Shown in pieces: positions 18,323 through 28,226 of a stretch of 64,000 bases of DNA. The stretch's first letter is position 1. Every line of letters begins with the position of its first letter. The notes beneath the pieces are model-generated. The model was not told where the DNA came from and did not search any database. It saw only the letters and a program-made list of their open reading frames with translations. Both the position numbers and the translations under genes were made by a program. This DNA comes from Opitutales bacterium (lineage in GTDB: Bacteria; Verrucomicrobiota; Verrucomicrobiia; Opitutales; JABSRG01): the NCBI GenBank assembly GCA_049599475.1, contig JBMYOQ010000001.1:32001-96000 (forward strand), given 5' to 3'.

Positions 18323-20635
18323 ATGAAAAAAATCCTCTCATCCTTCCTCTGTGCAGTCGTATTCCTTAATGGGCTGGCTGCAAAAGATGTGCTCGACCAT
18401 GTTAATGTCTTTGTGGGTACGGGTTACCACGGACACACCTTCCCGTCGGCCACGGTCCCTTATGGTTCCGTCGCACCGGGACCGGATACCTCAATACGTG
18501 GCTGGCATGCGGCTGCTGGATACCACTGGGATAAGCCGACTATTTTAGGTTTCAGTCAAACTCATTTGAGCGGCACGGGATTGATCGAGTGGGGGGATTT
18601 TATGATAATGCCTCGCAGTGGTCCTGTTCGTTACAAGCCAGGCCCGGAGGACAAGCCAGAAGTTGGCTATCGCTCTCGCTTTTCACACGATGATGAATCG
18701 GCGTCCCCGGGCTATTATCAAGTGCGCCTCTTGGATTATGATATTAATGTCGAACTCACTGCCACCGAGCGCGTGGCCTTCCACAAATATACATTTCCGG
18801 AGGGAAAAGATCGCCATGTAATTATGGATTTCATGCACCACATCGGTACTCCGATCGATGTGAAGCATGCCTATGTCCGAGTGCACGACGAATACACTGT
18901 AACTGGCTACCGCATCACAGAATCTCGCTGGGCTTCCAGCCGTTTCATGCATTTCGCTCTAAAATTTTCGGAGCCGATCGCAGAGCATATTCTGCGCAAT
19001 GAAGGCCGCGATTTGCTATACCCCAATATGCCAGATCTTGCGGCTCAACATATGCAAGCTGTATTTAAATTTTCGGACGCTACCGATGAGCCTCTGAAGG
19101 CGAAGATTTCGGTGTCTGCGGTATCTATGCGGAATGCTTTGGAGAATCTTGAAACTGAAATTCCACACTGGGATTTTGATAAAGTCCACGATTCGGCCCG
19201 CGGAAAGTGGAGAGAGCAGCTCAGCAAGGTCGACGCAAAAGGTAATGAGGAAGATCTGACCACCTTCTACTCTGCGCTCTATCGCACGATGATACATCCG
19301 GATGTTCACCAGGACGTAAACGGGGAATACCGTGGTATTGATAAAGAAATACACAAAGCTGACGGGTTTACCAATTACACTGTGTTCTCTTTGTGGGATA
19401 CCTTCCGCGCGGCTCACCCCTTGGCGACGATTTTGCACCCAGAGCGTACCGGGGAATTTGTAAAGTCGATGATGGCTCACCAGTCCTAGAGCCCGCATGG
19501 TATGCTACCCAATTGGTCCATGCATCATAACGAGAATTTCTGCATGATCGGTATTCACGCGGTCCCTGTAGTGGTGGACGCCTACATGAAGGGCCTTACG
19601 GATGTTCCGGAAGATCAACTGCTCGATGCGCTGGTGTCCACGGCGACGGCTCCAGGTGCTCACAAAATGAAATTCCGTGAATACCCTCAGTGGTATGGAC
19701 AAAAGCACTACGTTCGCTTAGGTTATTTCCCGGATGAATTAGTACGTTCAGGTGCGTCACTCACGCTTGAACACGCATATGATGACTGGGCAATTGGCCA
19801 TTTTGCGGATACCATCGGAAATGATTCGGTGGCCGAGGAATACCGGAAGCGTGGGCAAAACTACCGCAATGTGTGGGACCCCGAAACAGAGTTCTTCCGG
19901 GCTAAAATGTCCGATGGATCGTGGCATCCATTTTTTGATCCAAGAGCCTACCACCGTGAAGATCACAAAGATCGCGAGTACACGGAGGGTAATGCCTGGC
20001 AGTATCTCTTTTTCGCACCTCACGATGTCTATGGTATGATAGATCTCTTTGGTGGAGAGGACGCATTTAAGAGCCGCTTGGACATGCTCTTTTCCTTAGA
20101 GCCGGAAAAGGATGCCCCCGAAGTGAAAGATGTCTCTGGTCTTATCGGCGACTACGCTCACGGCAACGAACCCTGCCATCATGTGGCGTATCTCTACAAC
20201 TATGTCGGTGAGTCTTGGAAGACGCAGGAGCGCATCCGCGAGATTGCTGATCTCTTTTATCACCCCACGCCGGAAGGACTGATCGGTAATGAAGACGCTG
20301 GGCAAATGTCTGCTTGGTATGTCATGAGCTCATTTGGCTTTTACCCCGTGAACCCAGCGGGAGGCATTTACGTGATCGGCACTCCCTTGCTTCCAGAGAT
20401 GACACTGAACCTTGAAAACGGGAATCAGTTCGAAATCAAAGCCAAGAATTATGGAGCCGATCGTCCTTATATCCAGTCTGTGAAACTAAATGGAAAGCCG
20501 CTGGAGCGAGTCTGGATCCAGCATTCAGATATCACAGCAGGGGGTGTTTTGGAGTTCACCATGGGTGCTGAACCCAGTGAATGGGGCGCTAATTCGCCGA
20601 AAGTTCCGCTTGCGGACGGCAAGACATCTTCCTAG
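18323..20635 (+). pseudogene. GH92 alpha-mannosidase interrupted by one in-frame TAG (19487-19489)
   Basis: Two ORFs in the same frame: signal peptide MKKILSS at 18323, GHTFP, GFSQTHLSGTG, SLWDTFR, then YTEGNAWQY, YAHGNEP, GNEDAGQMSAW. Confidence 0.8.
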
Positions 20636-20658
20636 TTTGCTGAGAATAAGCAGCAATT

Positions 20659-21270
20659 GTGGAGTATAAAAACGTAAGAGACATCGTAACGGATCGCCTT
20701 CGCGAGGAGGTCCTCCTAGGGAAATTCAAGACGGGCGAATCCATTCGCGAGATACCTTTGGCGGAGCGCTACAAGGTGAGTCGAGGTCCCATTCGCGATG
20801 CTCTCTTGCAACTCAGTCAGGAAGGCCTGCTTGAAAATATTCCCAATCGCGGTGTCAAAGTAGCCAAGGAATGGGACGAATCCCTCGTCATGGTAATGGT
20901 GGGCATTCGTGTCGAGCTGGAGTCTTTTGCGATAAAAGCGCTGGTTGAGAATCCTTCCGATGAATACTTCCGTTTGGTGCGGGATAATCTTCGCATGTTC
21001 AAACTCGCCTGTGAAGACGCAGATATGCCGACGGTCGTACAGCTCGACCTTCAGTTCCACCGTTTGATGCTGCGCGAATGCGGGCATACCGGCCTGGAAT
21101 CCGTTTGGTTGCCCATGCTGGGTGGTTTGCGTCTGCCTTATTCGCGGCACCAGGACCTCTCTGAGAGCTATGATGAGCACGCAGCCATTGTAAAAGCCAT
21201 CGAGGGTGGAGACGCGAAAGCCGCGATCAAAGCGCTGAAGCAGAACATCGAAATCCCCTTCAAAGACTGA
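20659..21270 (+). CDS. GntR-family regulator (FCD domain)
   Basis: E..LAERYKVSRGPIRDAL HTH; DLQFH and EHAAI FCD motifs. Confidence 0.92.
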   Translation: MEYKNVRDIVTDRLREEVLLGKFKTGESIREIPLAERYKVSRGPIRDALLQLSQEGLLENIPNRGVKVAKEWDESLVMVMVGIRVELESFAIKALVENPSDEYFRLVRDNLRMFKLACEDADMPTVVQLDLQFHRLMLRECGHTGLESVWLPMLGGLRLPYSRHQDLSESYDEHAAIVKAIEGGDAKAAIKALKQNIEIPFKD

Positions 21271-21313
21271 TCTAGATCGCTGAGATCCAACTTTAGGCTC
21301 GCTTTTTAAATAA

Positions 21314-21323
21314 TTGTTAACAA
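21314..21323. promoter_or_regulatory. Putative GntR-family operator, copy 3 (TTGTTAACAA)
   Basis: Perfect 10-bp palindrome 9 nt before the ALDH ATG. Confidence 0.55.
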
Positions 21324-21332
21324 AATGCAAGT

Positions 21333-22820
21333 ATGGATTTATTAACCGATGTCCCCTCCAAGACTCGACACTTTGAGCAGTGGATTAATGGTGCCTATGT
21401 TGCCCCGACGTCTGGAAAGTACATAGAACGGATTAGCCCCGCACATGATACCCCTGTCACGGAGATTCCTGAGGGTAGCGCCGAGGACGTAAACATCGCC
21501 GTTGCAGCGGCGAGGAAGAGTTTTGAAGCAGGTGATTGGGCTCAGACTCCCGGAGCCGAGAGAGCAGAATTGCTCAATGCCGTAGCTGCTACTCTGATTG
21601 AGCGTAAGGATGAGCTTGCAATGCTTGAGACTCTTGAGAGCGGAAAACCGCTCAAGCAATCGGGCTTCGAAGTGGAGTGGGCAGCCGGTCTTTGGAAACA
21701 TGCCGCAGCCCTGTGCCGCCATCTATATGGTGAAAGTAGCAATACCTTAGGAGAGGGCACCCTAGCGATCTCGATTCGCGAGCCGATCGGGGTCGTCGGT
21801 CTGATCACGCCTTGGAATTTCCCGCTTTTGATCGCGAGCCAGAAGATCCCGTATGCCTTGGCTGCAGGATGTTCGATGGTCGTCAAGCCATCCGAGCTCA
21901 CATCGTCGACTACCTTAGTCCTGGGCGAAATTCTGAAGACATGCGGACTTCCCGATGGCGTCCTCAATGTCGTAACGGGATATGGAAGTCCAGTAGGTCA
22001 AACCCTCGTCGAGCATGAAGAGGTCGAGATGATTTCATTTACCGGCTCTACTCAGGTGGGTAAGGCTATCAGCCGAGCGGCAGCCGGGACCCTCAAGAAG
22101 GTCTGTTTGGAGCTCGGGGGTAAAAACCCAATGATCGTCATGGACGACGCCGATTTGGATGCCGTCATCGACGCCGCACGCTTGGGTGGATTCTTCAATA
22201 TGGGTGAGTGCTGCAATGCGAGCAGCCGTATTCTGGTCCAAGAAGGGATTGCGGACGAATTTGTCGACCGCCTCACCGCATTTGCGAAAGAACTCAAAGT
22301 CGCGGATCCATTGAATGAAGACTCCAAATTGGGCGCTATTATTAATGATACTCAGGAAGAAAAGATTCTGGGTTACATTCAAGCAGGACGGGAAGCTGGC
22401 GCCACTGTCTGCTGTGGTGGTGGAAAGTTGGATACAGAGAAAGGTCGATTTCTAGATGTGACAATTTTGGATAAGGTCCCAGCAGATTCGCCGGTTGCGA
22501 GCGAAGAAGTTTTTGGGCCCGTGCTCTCTATCATTCGAGTGAAATCCTTAGACGAAGCGATCCACATCGCCAACGATTCACACTACGGTCTCTCTGCAGG
22601 TATCTTTACCAACGACTACAACCAGGCGATGAAAGCATCTCGCTCTTTGCGCGCAGGTACTGTCTGGGTGAATACATGGCTCGAAGGGCACCCTGAAATC
22701 TCTTTCGGCGGATATCGTCGGAGTGGTCTCGGGCGTGAACTCGGCAGTCGCGCTGTAGAAGAGTATACCGAAGAGAAAAGCATCCTGTTCTCACTTGGTA
22801 AGCGACAGCCTTGGTGGTAA
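21333..22820 (+). CDS. NAD(P)-dependent aldehyde dehydrogenase
   Basis: PWNFP, FTGST, LELGGKN, GECC catalytic Cys region, EEVFGP. Confidence 0.93.
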   Translation: MDLLTDVPSKTRHFEQWINGAYVAPTSGKYIERISPAHDTPVTEIPEGSAEDVNIAVAAARKSFEAGDWAQTPGAERAELLNAVAATLIERKDELAMLETLESGKPLKQSGFEVEWAAGLWKHAAALCRHLYGESSNTLGEGTLAISIREPIGVVGLITPWNFPLLIASQKIPYALAAGCSMVVKPSELTSSTTLVLGEILKTCGLPDGVLNVVTGYGSPVGQTLVEHEEVEMISFTGSTQVGKAISRAAAGTLKKVCLELGGKNPMIVMDDADLDAVIDAARLGGFFNMGECCNASSRILVQEGIADEFVDRLTAFAKELKVADPLNEDSKLGAIINDTQEEKILGYIQAGREAGATVCCGGGKLDTEKGRFLDVTILDKVPADSPVASEEVFGPVLSIIRVKSLDEAIHIANDSHYGLSAGIFTNDYNQAMKASRSLRAGTVWVNTWLEGHPEISFGGYRRSGLGRELGSRAVEEYTEEKSILFSLGKRQPWW

Positions 22821-22838
22821 TCGACCCTAGCATGCTAC

Positions 22839-23606
22839 ATGAAAACCTCAATACAACTCGAGATAAATGAGGGCGTCGCGAGTCTGCTCTTGTGTCCTCC
22901 TGAAGGAAAACCTCCGACGCTGGACGGAGAGGTCTTGGCGGAGCTGGAACATGCCGTGGTGCAGGCCAAATCCGCGAACCCTCGGGTCTTAGTCGTTAAA
23001 AGCCAATCGGCAAAATTTTTCTGTGTGGGCGCCAATATCAATGTGCTCAAAGAGACTACTGAGAAAACCATCGTGCCCTGGGTGATGGAGGGGCATCGCA
23101 TATTAAATATGCTCGAAGACCTGCCTTTTCCCGTGTTGGCAGTAGTCGAGGGCTACGCCATGGGAGGTGGTCTGGAATTGGCGATGGCCTGCGATATTAT
23201 TTATGCGTCCGAATCAGCAAAAATCGCGCAGTCTGAAGCAGGTTTGGGTTTCATTCCTGGATGGGGTGGCACCCGACGTCTAGCCCAGCGAGTGGGTGTC
23301 GGCCAAGCAAAGAAAATTTTCTACACAGGAGAAATGTTGGATGCTCAGAAAGCATGTAACTTAGGTCTCGTGGACGCTGTTTACACGAGCGAACAGATGG
23401 CAGAGGAGGTCGAAGGCTTTTGTAATTCGGTCCTCAAGAATAATGCCAACGCAATATCCCAATTCAAAACCATCCTCGAAGCAGGAGAGCGCGCGGCACG
23501 TAATGCCAACGCCACCGAAGAAGCATTTAGATCTGTGACTTGTCTCCAAGATCCTGATGCAAAAAAGCGCCTCGAGGATTTCTTAAATAAGAAAAGATCT
23601 AAATAG
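22839..23606 (+). CDS. Enoyl-CoA hydratase/isomerase (crotonase) family
   Basis: FCVGAN, GGGLELAMACD, QSEAGLGFIPGWGG. Confidence 0.9.
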   Translation: MKTSIQLEINEGVASLLLCPPEGKPPTLDGEVLAELEHAVVQAKSANPRVLVVKSQSAKFFCVGANINVLKETTEKTIVPWVMEGHRILNMLEDLPFPVLAVVEGYAMGGGLELAMACDIIYASESAKIAQSEAGLGFIPGWGGTRRLAQRVGVGQAKKIFYTGEMLDAQKACNLGLVDAVYTSEQMAEEVEGFCNSVLKNNANAISQFKTILEAGERAARNANATEEAFRSVTCLQDPDAKKRLEDFLNKKRSK

Positions 23607-24803
23607 ATGATTCAAAAAGAAGCACTTTCCGGCATCCGTATACTCGACTTTAGCCATGTCTATCAAGGGCCTGTGGGTACGCAGATTCTTGCAGACTATG
23701 GAGCGGATGTCATCAAGGTAGAACGTCCAGGTAGCGGTGATTGGAGCCGTGCCTGGGGGCCATTTGTCAAAGAAATTTCATTACCATTCGCGAATCTAAA
23801 TCGGAACAAGCGCTCGATCACCGTCAACATGAAGAGCGAATCGGGTAAGGAGATTATTCGAAAACTCGTGAGAGAATCAGATGTCCTGGTGCACAACTTC
23901 CGACAAGGTGTCATGGAGAAGCTGGGCTTTGGCTATGAAGACCTTAAAGAGATCAACCCATCTCTGATTTATGCGACATCAAATGGTTGGGGTGATACGG
24001 GACCTTATGCAGAAAAAGGGCGTGCGGGTCATGATATGATGGCGCGAGCTGAGGCAGGGTGGTTTGTCTCATACGACGATGAAAAGGCCCCGATTCCCGG
24101 CGGTATCAGCATTGATTATGCAGCTGGCTTGAATCTCATGGTCGGTATCTTGACTGCGCTGGTCCATCGTTTGAAGTCTGGGGAAGGGCAGTATGTGTCT
24201 ACCGATTTGTTTAGCGTGGCGTTTCACGGACACGCATGGGATGCGGCGTCTCGCCTTAATTCTGAAAAAATTGATCGAAATGCTGCAGTGGGCGGTACCG
24301 AGGCTGCAATCAATAAGGCCTTTAAGACGGCAGATGGCTTTATCGAAATTTCTCCAGTTTTCTCCGATAATGCGCTGCGCGATATTTCGACCGCCTTGGG
24401 CCTTGGAGATTTGTCTCAGAAGCCTGAATACTCTACCGAGCCGCTGCAAATTGAGAATAATATCGAGCTGAATGCGACGCTCGCTGAGGCTTTCTTAACG
24501 AAAACAACTCAAGAATGGATGACCGAGCTCGAGGCGAGTGGCGTATTGTGCGCTCGAGTCAATTCCTTTGAAGATGCGGCTCAGGATCCGCAAATCGAAC
24601 ACAACAAGATGATTGTGTCGATGGATGATGAGGCTGCAGGCCCCCTAAAGCTTCTTGGTAATCCAATTCGTTTACAATCTACACCGCCTAAATTAGAGAA
24701 ATTCCCCCCACGCCTAGGCGAACACAATCGAGATGTGGCCCTCGAGATCGGTTATTCCGAGGAAGAGGTTGCGCGCATGGAAGAGGAAGGGGTTCTTGGA
24801 TGA
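23607..24803 (+). CDS. Class III CoA-transferase (CaiB/BaiF)
   Basis: LSGIRILDFS, GADVIKVE, NRNKRS, HNFRQG, PRLGEH. Confidence 0.92.
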   Translation: MIQKEALSGIRILDFSHVYQGPVGTQILADYGADVIKVERPGSGDWSRAWGPFVKEISLPFANLNRNKRSITVNMKSESGKEIIRKLVRESDVLVHNFRQGVMEKLGFGYEDLKEINPSLIYATSNGWGDTGPYAEKGRAGHDMMARAEAGWFVSYDDEKAPIPGGISIDYAAGLNLMVGILTALVHRLKSGEGQYVSTDLFSVAFHGHAWDAASRLNSEKIDRNAAVGGTEAAINKAFKTADGFIEISPVFSDNALRDISTALGLGDLSQKPEYSTEPLQIENNIELNATLAEAFLTKTTQEWMTELEASGVLCARVNSFEDAAQDPQIEHNKMIVSMDDEAAGPLKLLGNPIRLQSTPPKLEKFPPRLGEHNRDVALEIGYSEEEVARMEEEGVLG

Positions 24804-24997
24804 TAAGCGAATTTTCCCTGGGCATCTGCGATCTGGCCTCTTCGAGACCGAAACAAAACCTTTCTAACCCGCCGACATATTCACCCTTCAGTGGCTTCCT
24901 CGCCCTACGCAATTCGGCTGGCTCTGCTGTCGCTCGCGGAGGTGTTTATCAGACATCCCCTCAAATTATTATCTGCTAAAATAACACATGCTCTCTC

Positions 24998-26377
24998 ATG
25001 AATAAGAAACTATTTTTATGGTCATTAACCTCTGCCTTATCGGGCTTCCTGTTCGGATTCGATACGGTGGTTATATCTGGGGCTGAGCAGGCCTTCCAGG
25101 AGTTTTGGGCGCTGAGCAATGTCATGCACGCGTGTGTCATGACATCGGCCCTGGTCGGTACTATCATAGGTGCGGTTTTGGGTAGCTGGCCCTCGGACAA
25201 GCTTGGACGCAAAACGACTCTGCTTTGGATCGGTGTCATGTATTTTATCTCAGCCTTGGGATCCGGGATCGCACCCGATCCATACACGCTGATGATCGCC
25301 CGATTCATCGGAGGTGTCGGCATTGGTATCTCCACCGTTGCCGGGCCGCTCTATATTTCTGAAATGGCTCCCGCTAATATGCGTGGGCGTCTGACCGGTC
25401 TCTACCAGTTTAATTTGGTATTCGGTATCTTGATCGCTTTTGTCTCTAACATGTTGCTCAACAAATTTATGGGTGATGCCTCATGGCGCTGGATGCTGGG
25501 AATCGAAGCAATCCCTGCGATTCTCTACACAGTAATGTGTATCAAAATTCCTGAGAGCCCACGTTGGTTGATCCTTAACAAGGGCGACACAGCCGCGGGT
25601 GCAGCTGTCTTGAAACAGGTAAATCCTGAGAAAAGTGAAGCAGAGATTACGGCTATGGTCTCTGAGATCGCTGCTTCAGGTGGAAAGAAAGGGGAGAAGC
25701 ACCCTTTCTTCACCGCAGAACTCTTCAAGCCAATCATGCTGGTATTCTTGCTTTCAGCGTTCAACCAGTTGTCTGGAATCAACGCGGTCTTATATTATTC
25801 AAAACGCATTTTTGAAATGGGTGGCTTCGAGACCGAGGCAGCTTTGATGGCTTCGATCGGTATTGGCGCGACCAATTTTATCTTCACCTTTATTGGCTTG
25901 TGGATGATCGACAAGTTCGGTCGTAAGACGAATCTGTTTATTGGTTCGATTGGTTATATCACCTTCCTCTTATTAATCGCTTGGTCCTTCTCCACGGATA
26001 ATGAGACGATAAAATCGATCATGCCCTTCTTTGTATTCGGATTTATCGGCGCCCATGGCGTCGGACAAGGGGCTGTGATTTGGGTGTATATTTCCGAGAT
26101 TTTCCCTGCGCATCACCGGGCTCATGGTACGTCGTTCGGGGTATCGGTTCACTGGGTATTTGCTGCCGCGATCACCTTCATTTTCCCGATCGTGGTCAAT
26201 GCCTTTGAGCCGGTTTACATCTTTGGGTTCTTCGCATTTATGATGGTTCTGCAACTCATCTGGGTGGTCACCATGGTCATCGAGACGAAGGGACGCAGCC
26301 TTGAAGAGATGGAGCAAATGCTCGGCATTAAAAGTAGTGCCGAAGGGACTGCTGCAGTTTCGGCAGCTCAGAAGTAA
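24998..26377 (+). CDS. Sugar porter family MFS transporter
   Basis: GFLFGFDT, DKLGRK, PESPRWL, QLSGIN, ETKGRSLEE. Confidence 0.93.
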   Translation: MNKKLFLWSLTSALSGFLFGFDTVVISGAEQAFQEFWALSNVMHACVMTSALVGTIIGAVLGSWPSDKLGRKTTLLWIGVMYFISALGSGIAPDPYTLMIARFIGGVGIGISTVAGPLYISEMAPANMRGRLTGLYQFNLVFGILIAFVSNMLLNKFMGDASWRWMLGIEAIPAILYTVMCIKIPESPRWLILNKGDTAAGAAVLKQVNPEKSEAEITAMVSEIAASGGKKGEKHPFFTAELFKPIMLVFLLSAFNQLSGINAVLYYSKRIFEMGGFETEAALMASIGIGATNFIFTFIGLWMIDKFGRKTNLFIGSIGYITFLLLIAWSFSTDNETIKSIMPFFVFGFIGAHGVGQGAVIWVYISEIFPAHHRAHGTSFGVSVHWVFAAAITFIFPIVVNAFEPVYIFGFFAFMMVLQLIWVVTMVIETKGRSLEEMEQMLGIKSSAEGTAAVSAAQK

Positions 26378-26397
26378 CTGAGGGGCTAATACAACTT

Positions 26398-26426
26398 CCC
26401 TTCCGAGGTGATTCAGGAGGGGTTTT
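26398..26426 (+). terminator. Rho-independent terminator after the sugar porter
   Basis: CCCTTCC...GGAGGGG stem followed by TTTT. Confidence 0.55.
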
Positions 26427-26440
26427 CGTGAGATGGGGGC

Positions 26441-26962
26441 CTAGGATTCTTTAGAATCCTGGGCCTTCTTTTTGCGTTCCAAAAAGTCAGTCCGAACGGA
26501 TTCGATCATGTATAGAATTACGCCCACCACGATTGCCGAGTCTGCGATGTTATAAACCGGCCAGTGATAATTGATAAACGGGATGATGTTCAGGATGAAA
26601 TCGGTGACAAAGCCCTGCCAAACACGATCGATCAAGTTCCCGACGATGCCGCCCGTGATCAAACCGAATATAAACTGGATCCAAGTGCGGTGAAGCTCGA
26701 GTTGCTTCCGAAAGAAGCCAATCGCAAAAATGGCAGCCACCGCGAGAATGGAGAAGAGCCAACCGAAGCCTTCAAACTGTCCCCATGCAGCACCCCAATT
26801 GCCTACGTGGACAAAGTAAAAGTAGTCCGGGATGATCTCTATGGAGTGGGGTCCAATGTAAGACTCGAAAGGGATGGTTTGCCGCACCCACGCCTTCGTG
26901 ATTTGGTCTGCAACCAAGATCCCTAAGCCTAGGCCAATAACGAGTTTATACTTACTCAACAT
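26441..26962 (-). CDS. lspA: Lipoprotein signal peptidase II
   Basis: DQITK, NWGAAWG, GNLIDR, VTDF, YNIADS. Confidence 0.92.
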   Translation of the reverse strand: MLSKYKLVIGLGLGILVADQITKAWVRQTIPFESYIGPHSIEIIPDYFYFVHVGNWGAAWGQFEGFGWLFSILAVAAIFAIGFFRKQLELHRTWIQFIFGLITGGIVGNLIDRVWQGFVTDFILNIIPFINYHWPVYNIADSAIVVGVILYMIESVRTDFLERKKKAQDSKES

Positions 26963-27020
26963 CCTAGGATAGAGACGGACTGGTGAGCCGTCTAATTTGG
27001 AATTTTGGGGCCATCCTTAG

Positions 27021-27046
27021 GGTGTCGCTAATCTCCGAGCGGTGGA
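27021..27046 (+). repeat. REP-like family B copy (degenerate)
   Basis: ATCTCCGAGCGGTGGA core shared, with one or two mismatches, with 31331 and 56256. Confidence 0.55.
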
Positions 27047-27131
27047 TATTGTGATCAGGCTCAGCACCTACTCCGGTTTCGAACCCTGTTGCGAACACAC
27101 CTGCGCTGCAGGGATGCCATTCGAGCTGCCA

Positions 27132-27159
27132 GCGGCCCACCGAGACGGTTCGCCCTACC
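27132..27159 (-). repeat. REP-like family A copy (GGTAGGGCGAACCGTCTCGGTGGGCCGC)
   Basis: Near-identical to copies at 32673, 35202, 35259. Confidence 0.75.
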
Positions 27160-27259
27160 ATTTCGTTAAGAAAGAATCCTAGAGAGAACTTATAAATTGC
27201 GGTAAGGCGTGCGCAGTTGGGAGTGTCAGGTGGAAAGAGAGCTTAGGGCTGAGCGAGGA

Positions 27260-28081
27260 CTACTCTTCGTCATCGTCGTTGGCAAGGCGAGGGGCATCCT
27301 CATCTTCGTCCATGAAGACGTTGCCACGCTCGATCTTGCGACGATTGGTGCGCTCGTATTCGGCCTGACCTTCCACAGAGTGGCGGGCAAACGGTACGGC
27401 CTCGAGGCGCTCTTCGGCGATCGGTTCACCTGTCATCTCGCAGACGCCGTAGGTGCCGTTGAAAATGCGTTGAATGGCCTCTTCGATTTCAATCAGAGCC
27501 TCCTGTTCGGAAGATACGAGGCTGAGGGCCAAATCGCGGTCGAAAGTCTCTGTGCCAGCATCTGCTTGGTGTTGGCCGTAGCCTGAAAGATCTCCGGAAT
27601 CATCGCGAGATGAGCGACGCAAGGTCTCCTCTGTGTGGTAGTTGATACCTTCCTGGAGCTGAGTGCGCATATCGAGAAGTTTCTTGTACCACTTCTTATA
27701 TTTGGGAGCGACCCGCTCGTCTGCTTCATTTGCAGGCTTGGGCTTACTTGCCGCGGGGTTGAAACCAAGAATGTCAGCAATTGAAGCAGCCTGGTAGGAC
27801 TTCTTCTCGGTTGGCACATTGTCCAAATTTGGAGCTGGTTTTTTCTTCGCAGCGGCCTTTTTCGCCTTTGGGGCCTTCTTCTTAGGCGCCGGTGTTGCGG
27901 GTTCGACCTTGCGTGTTTTGATGATCTTTATCGCGTCCTCGGGCGTGAACGGAGCAGCGGCAGCCTTCTTTGTGCGGACCTTGAATACGGCCGGAGTTTC
28001 CTTGCGCTTACCTTTTAGGCGTTCAAATGCTTTGGGCTGTGTAGATTCCATTTCTTCTTTTGCTGTATCTGTTTGTGCCAC
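27260..28081 (-). CDS. TraR/DksA family regulator with Lys/Ala-rich N-extension
   Basis: HQADAGTETFDRD, IEEAIQRI..GTYGVCEMTGEPI..RLEAVP. Confidence 0.85.
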   Translation of the reverse strand: MAQTDTAKEEMESTQPKAFERLKGKRKETPAVFKVRTKKAAAAPFTPEDAIKIIKTRKVEPATPAPKKKAPKAKKAAAKKKPAPNLDNVPTEKKSYQAASIADILGFNPAASKPKPANEADERVAPKYKKWYKKLLDMRTQLQEGINYHTEETLRRSSRDDSGDLSGYGQHQADAGTETFDRDLALSLVSSEQEALIEIEEAIQRIFNGTYGVCEMTGEPIAEERLEAVPFARHSVEGQAEYERTNRRKIERGNVFMDEDEDAPRLANDDDEE

Positions 28082-28226
28082 TGTATTCTATAAAGTTTTC
28101 TGTATGTTTGGGGTCTAGTTCGTTGTATCTGTTCGGATCAATTCGCCTTCAGTTCGGCTGTGCTTTAATCGATTAAAATTCGGAAAAGTATAGGGTATAT
28201 TTAGCTGAAGGTTGAGGTTGATGCTC

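Noticed and set aside
19487..19489. Pyrrolysine or alternative genetic code
   Set aside because: No pyl genes in the window, and TAG terminates other intact genes (e.g. cca, surE)
24788..24961. IS-like inverted ends (TGATAAGC ... GTTTATCA) between CoA-transferase and sugar porter
   Set aside because: The match is too short and imperfect, and there is no second full copy in the window
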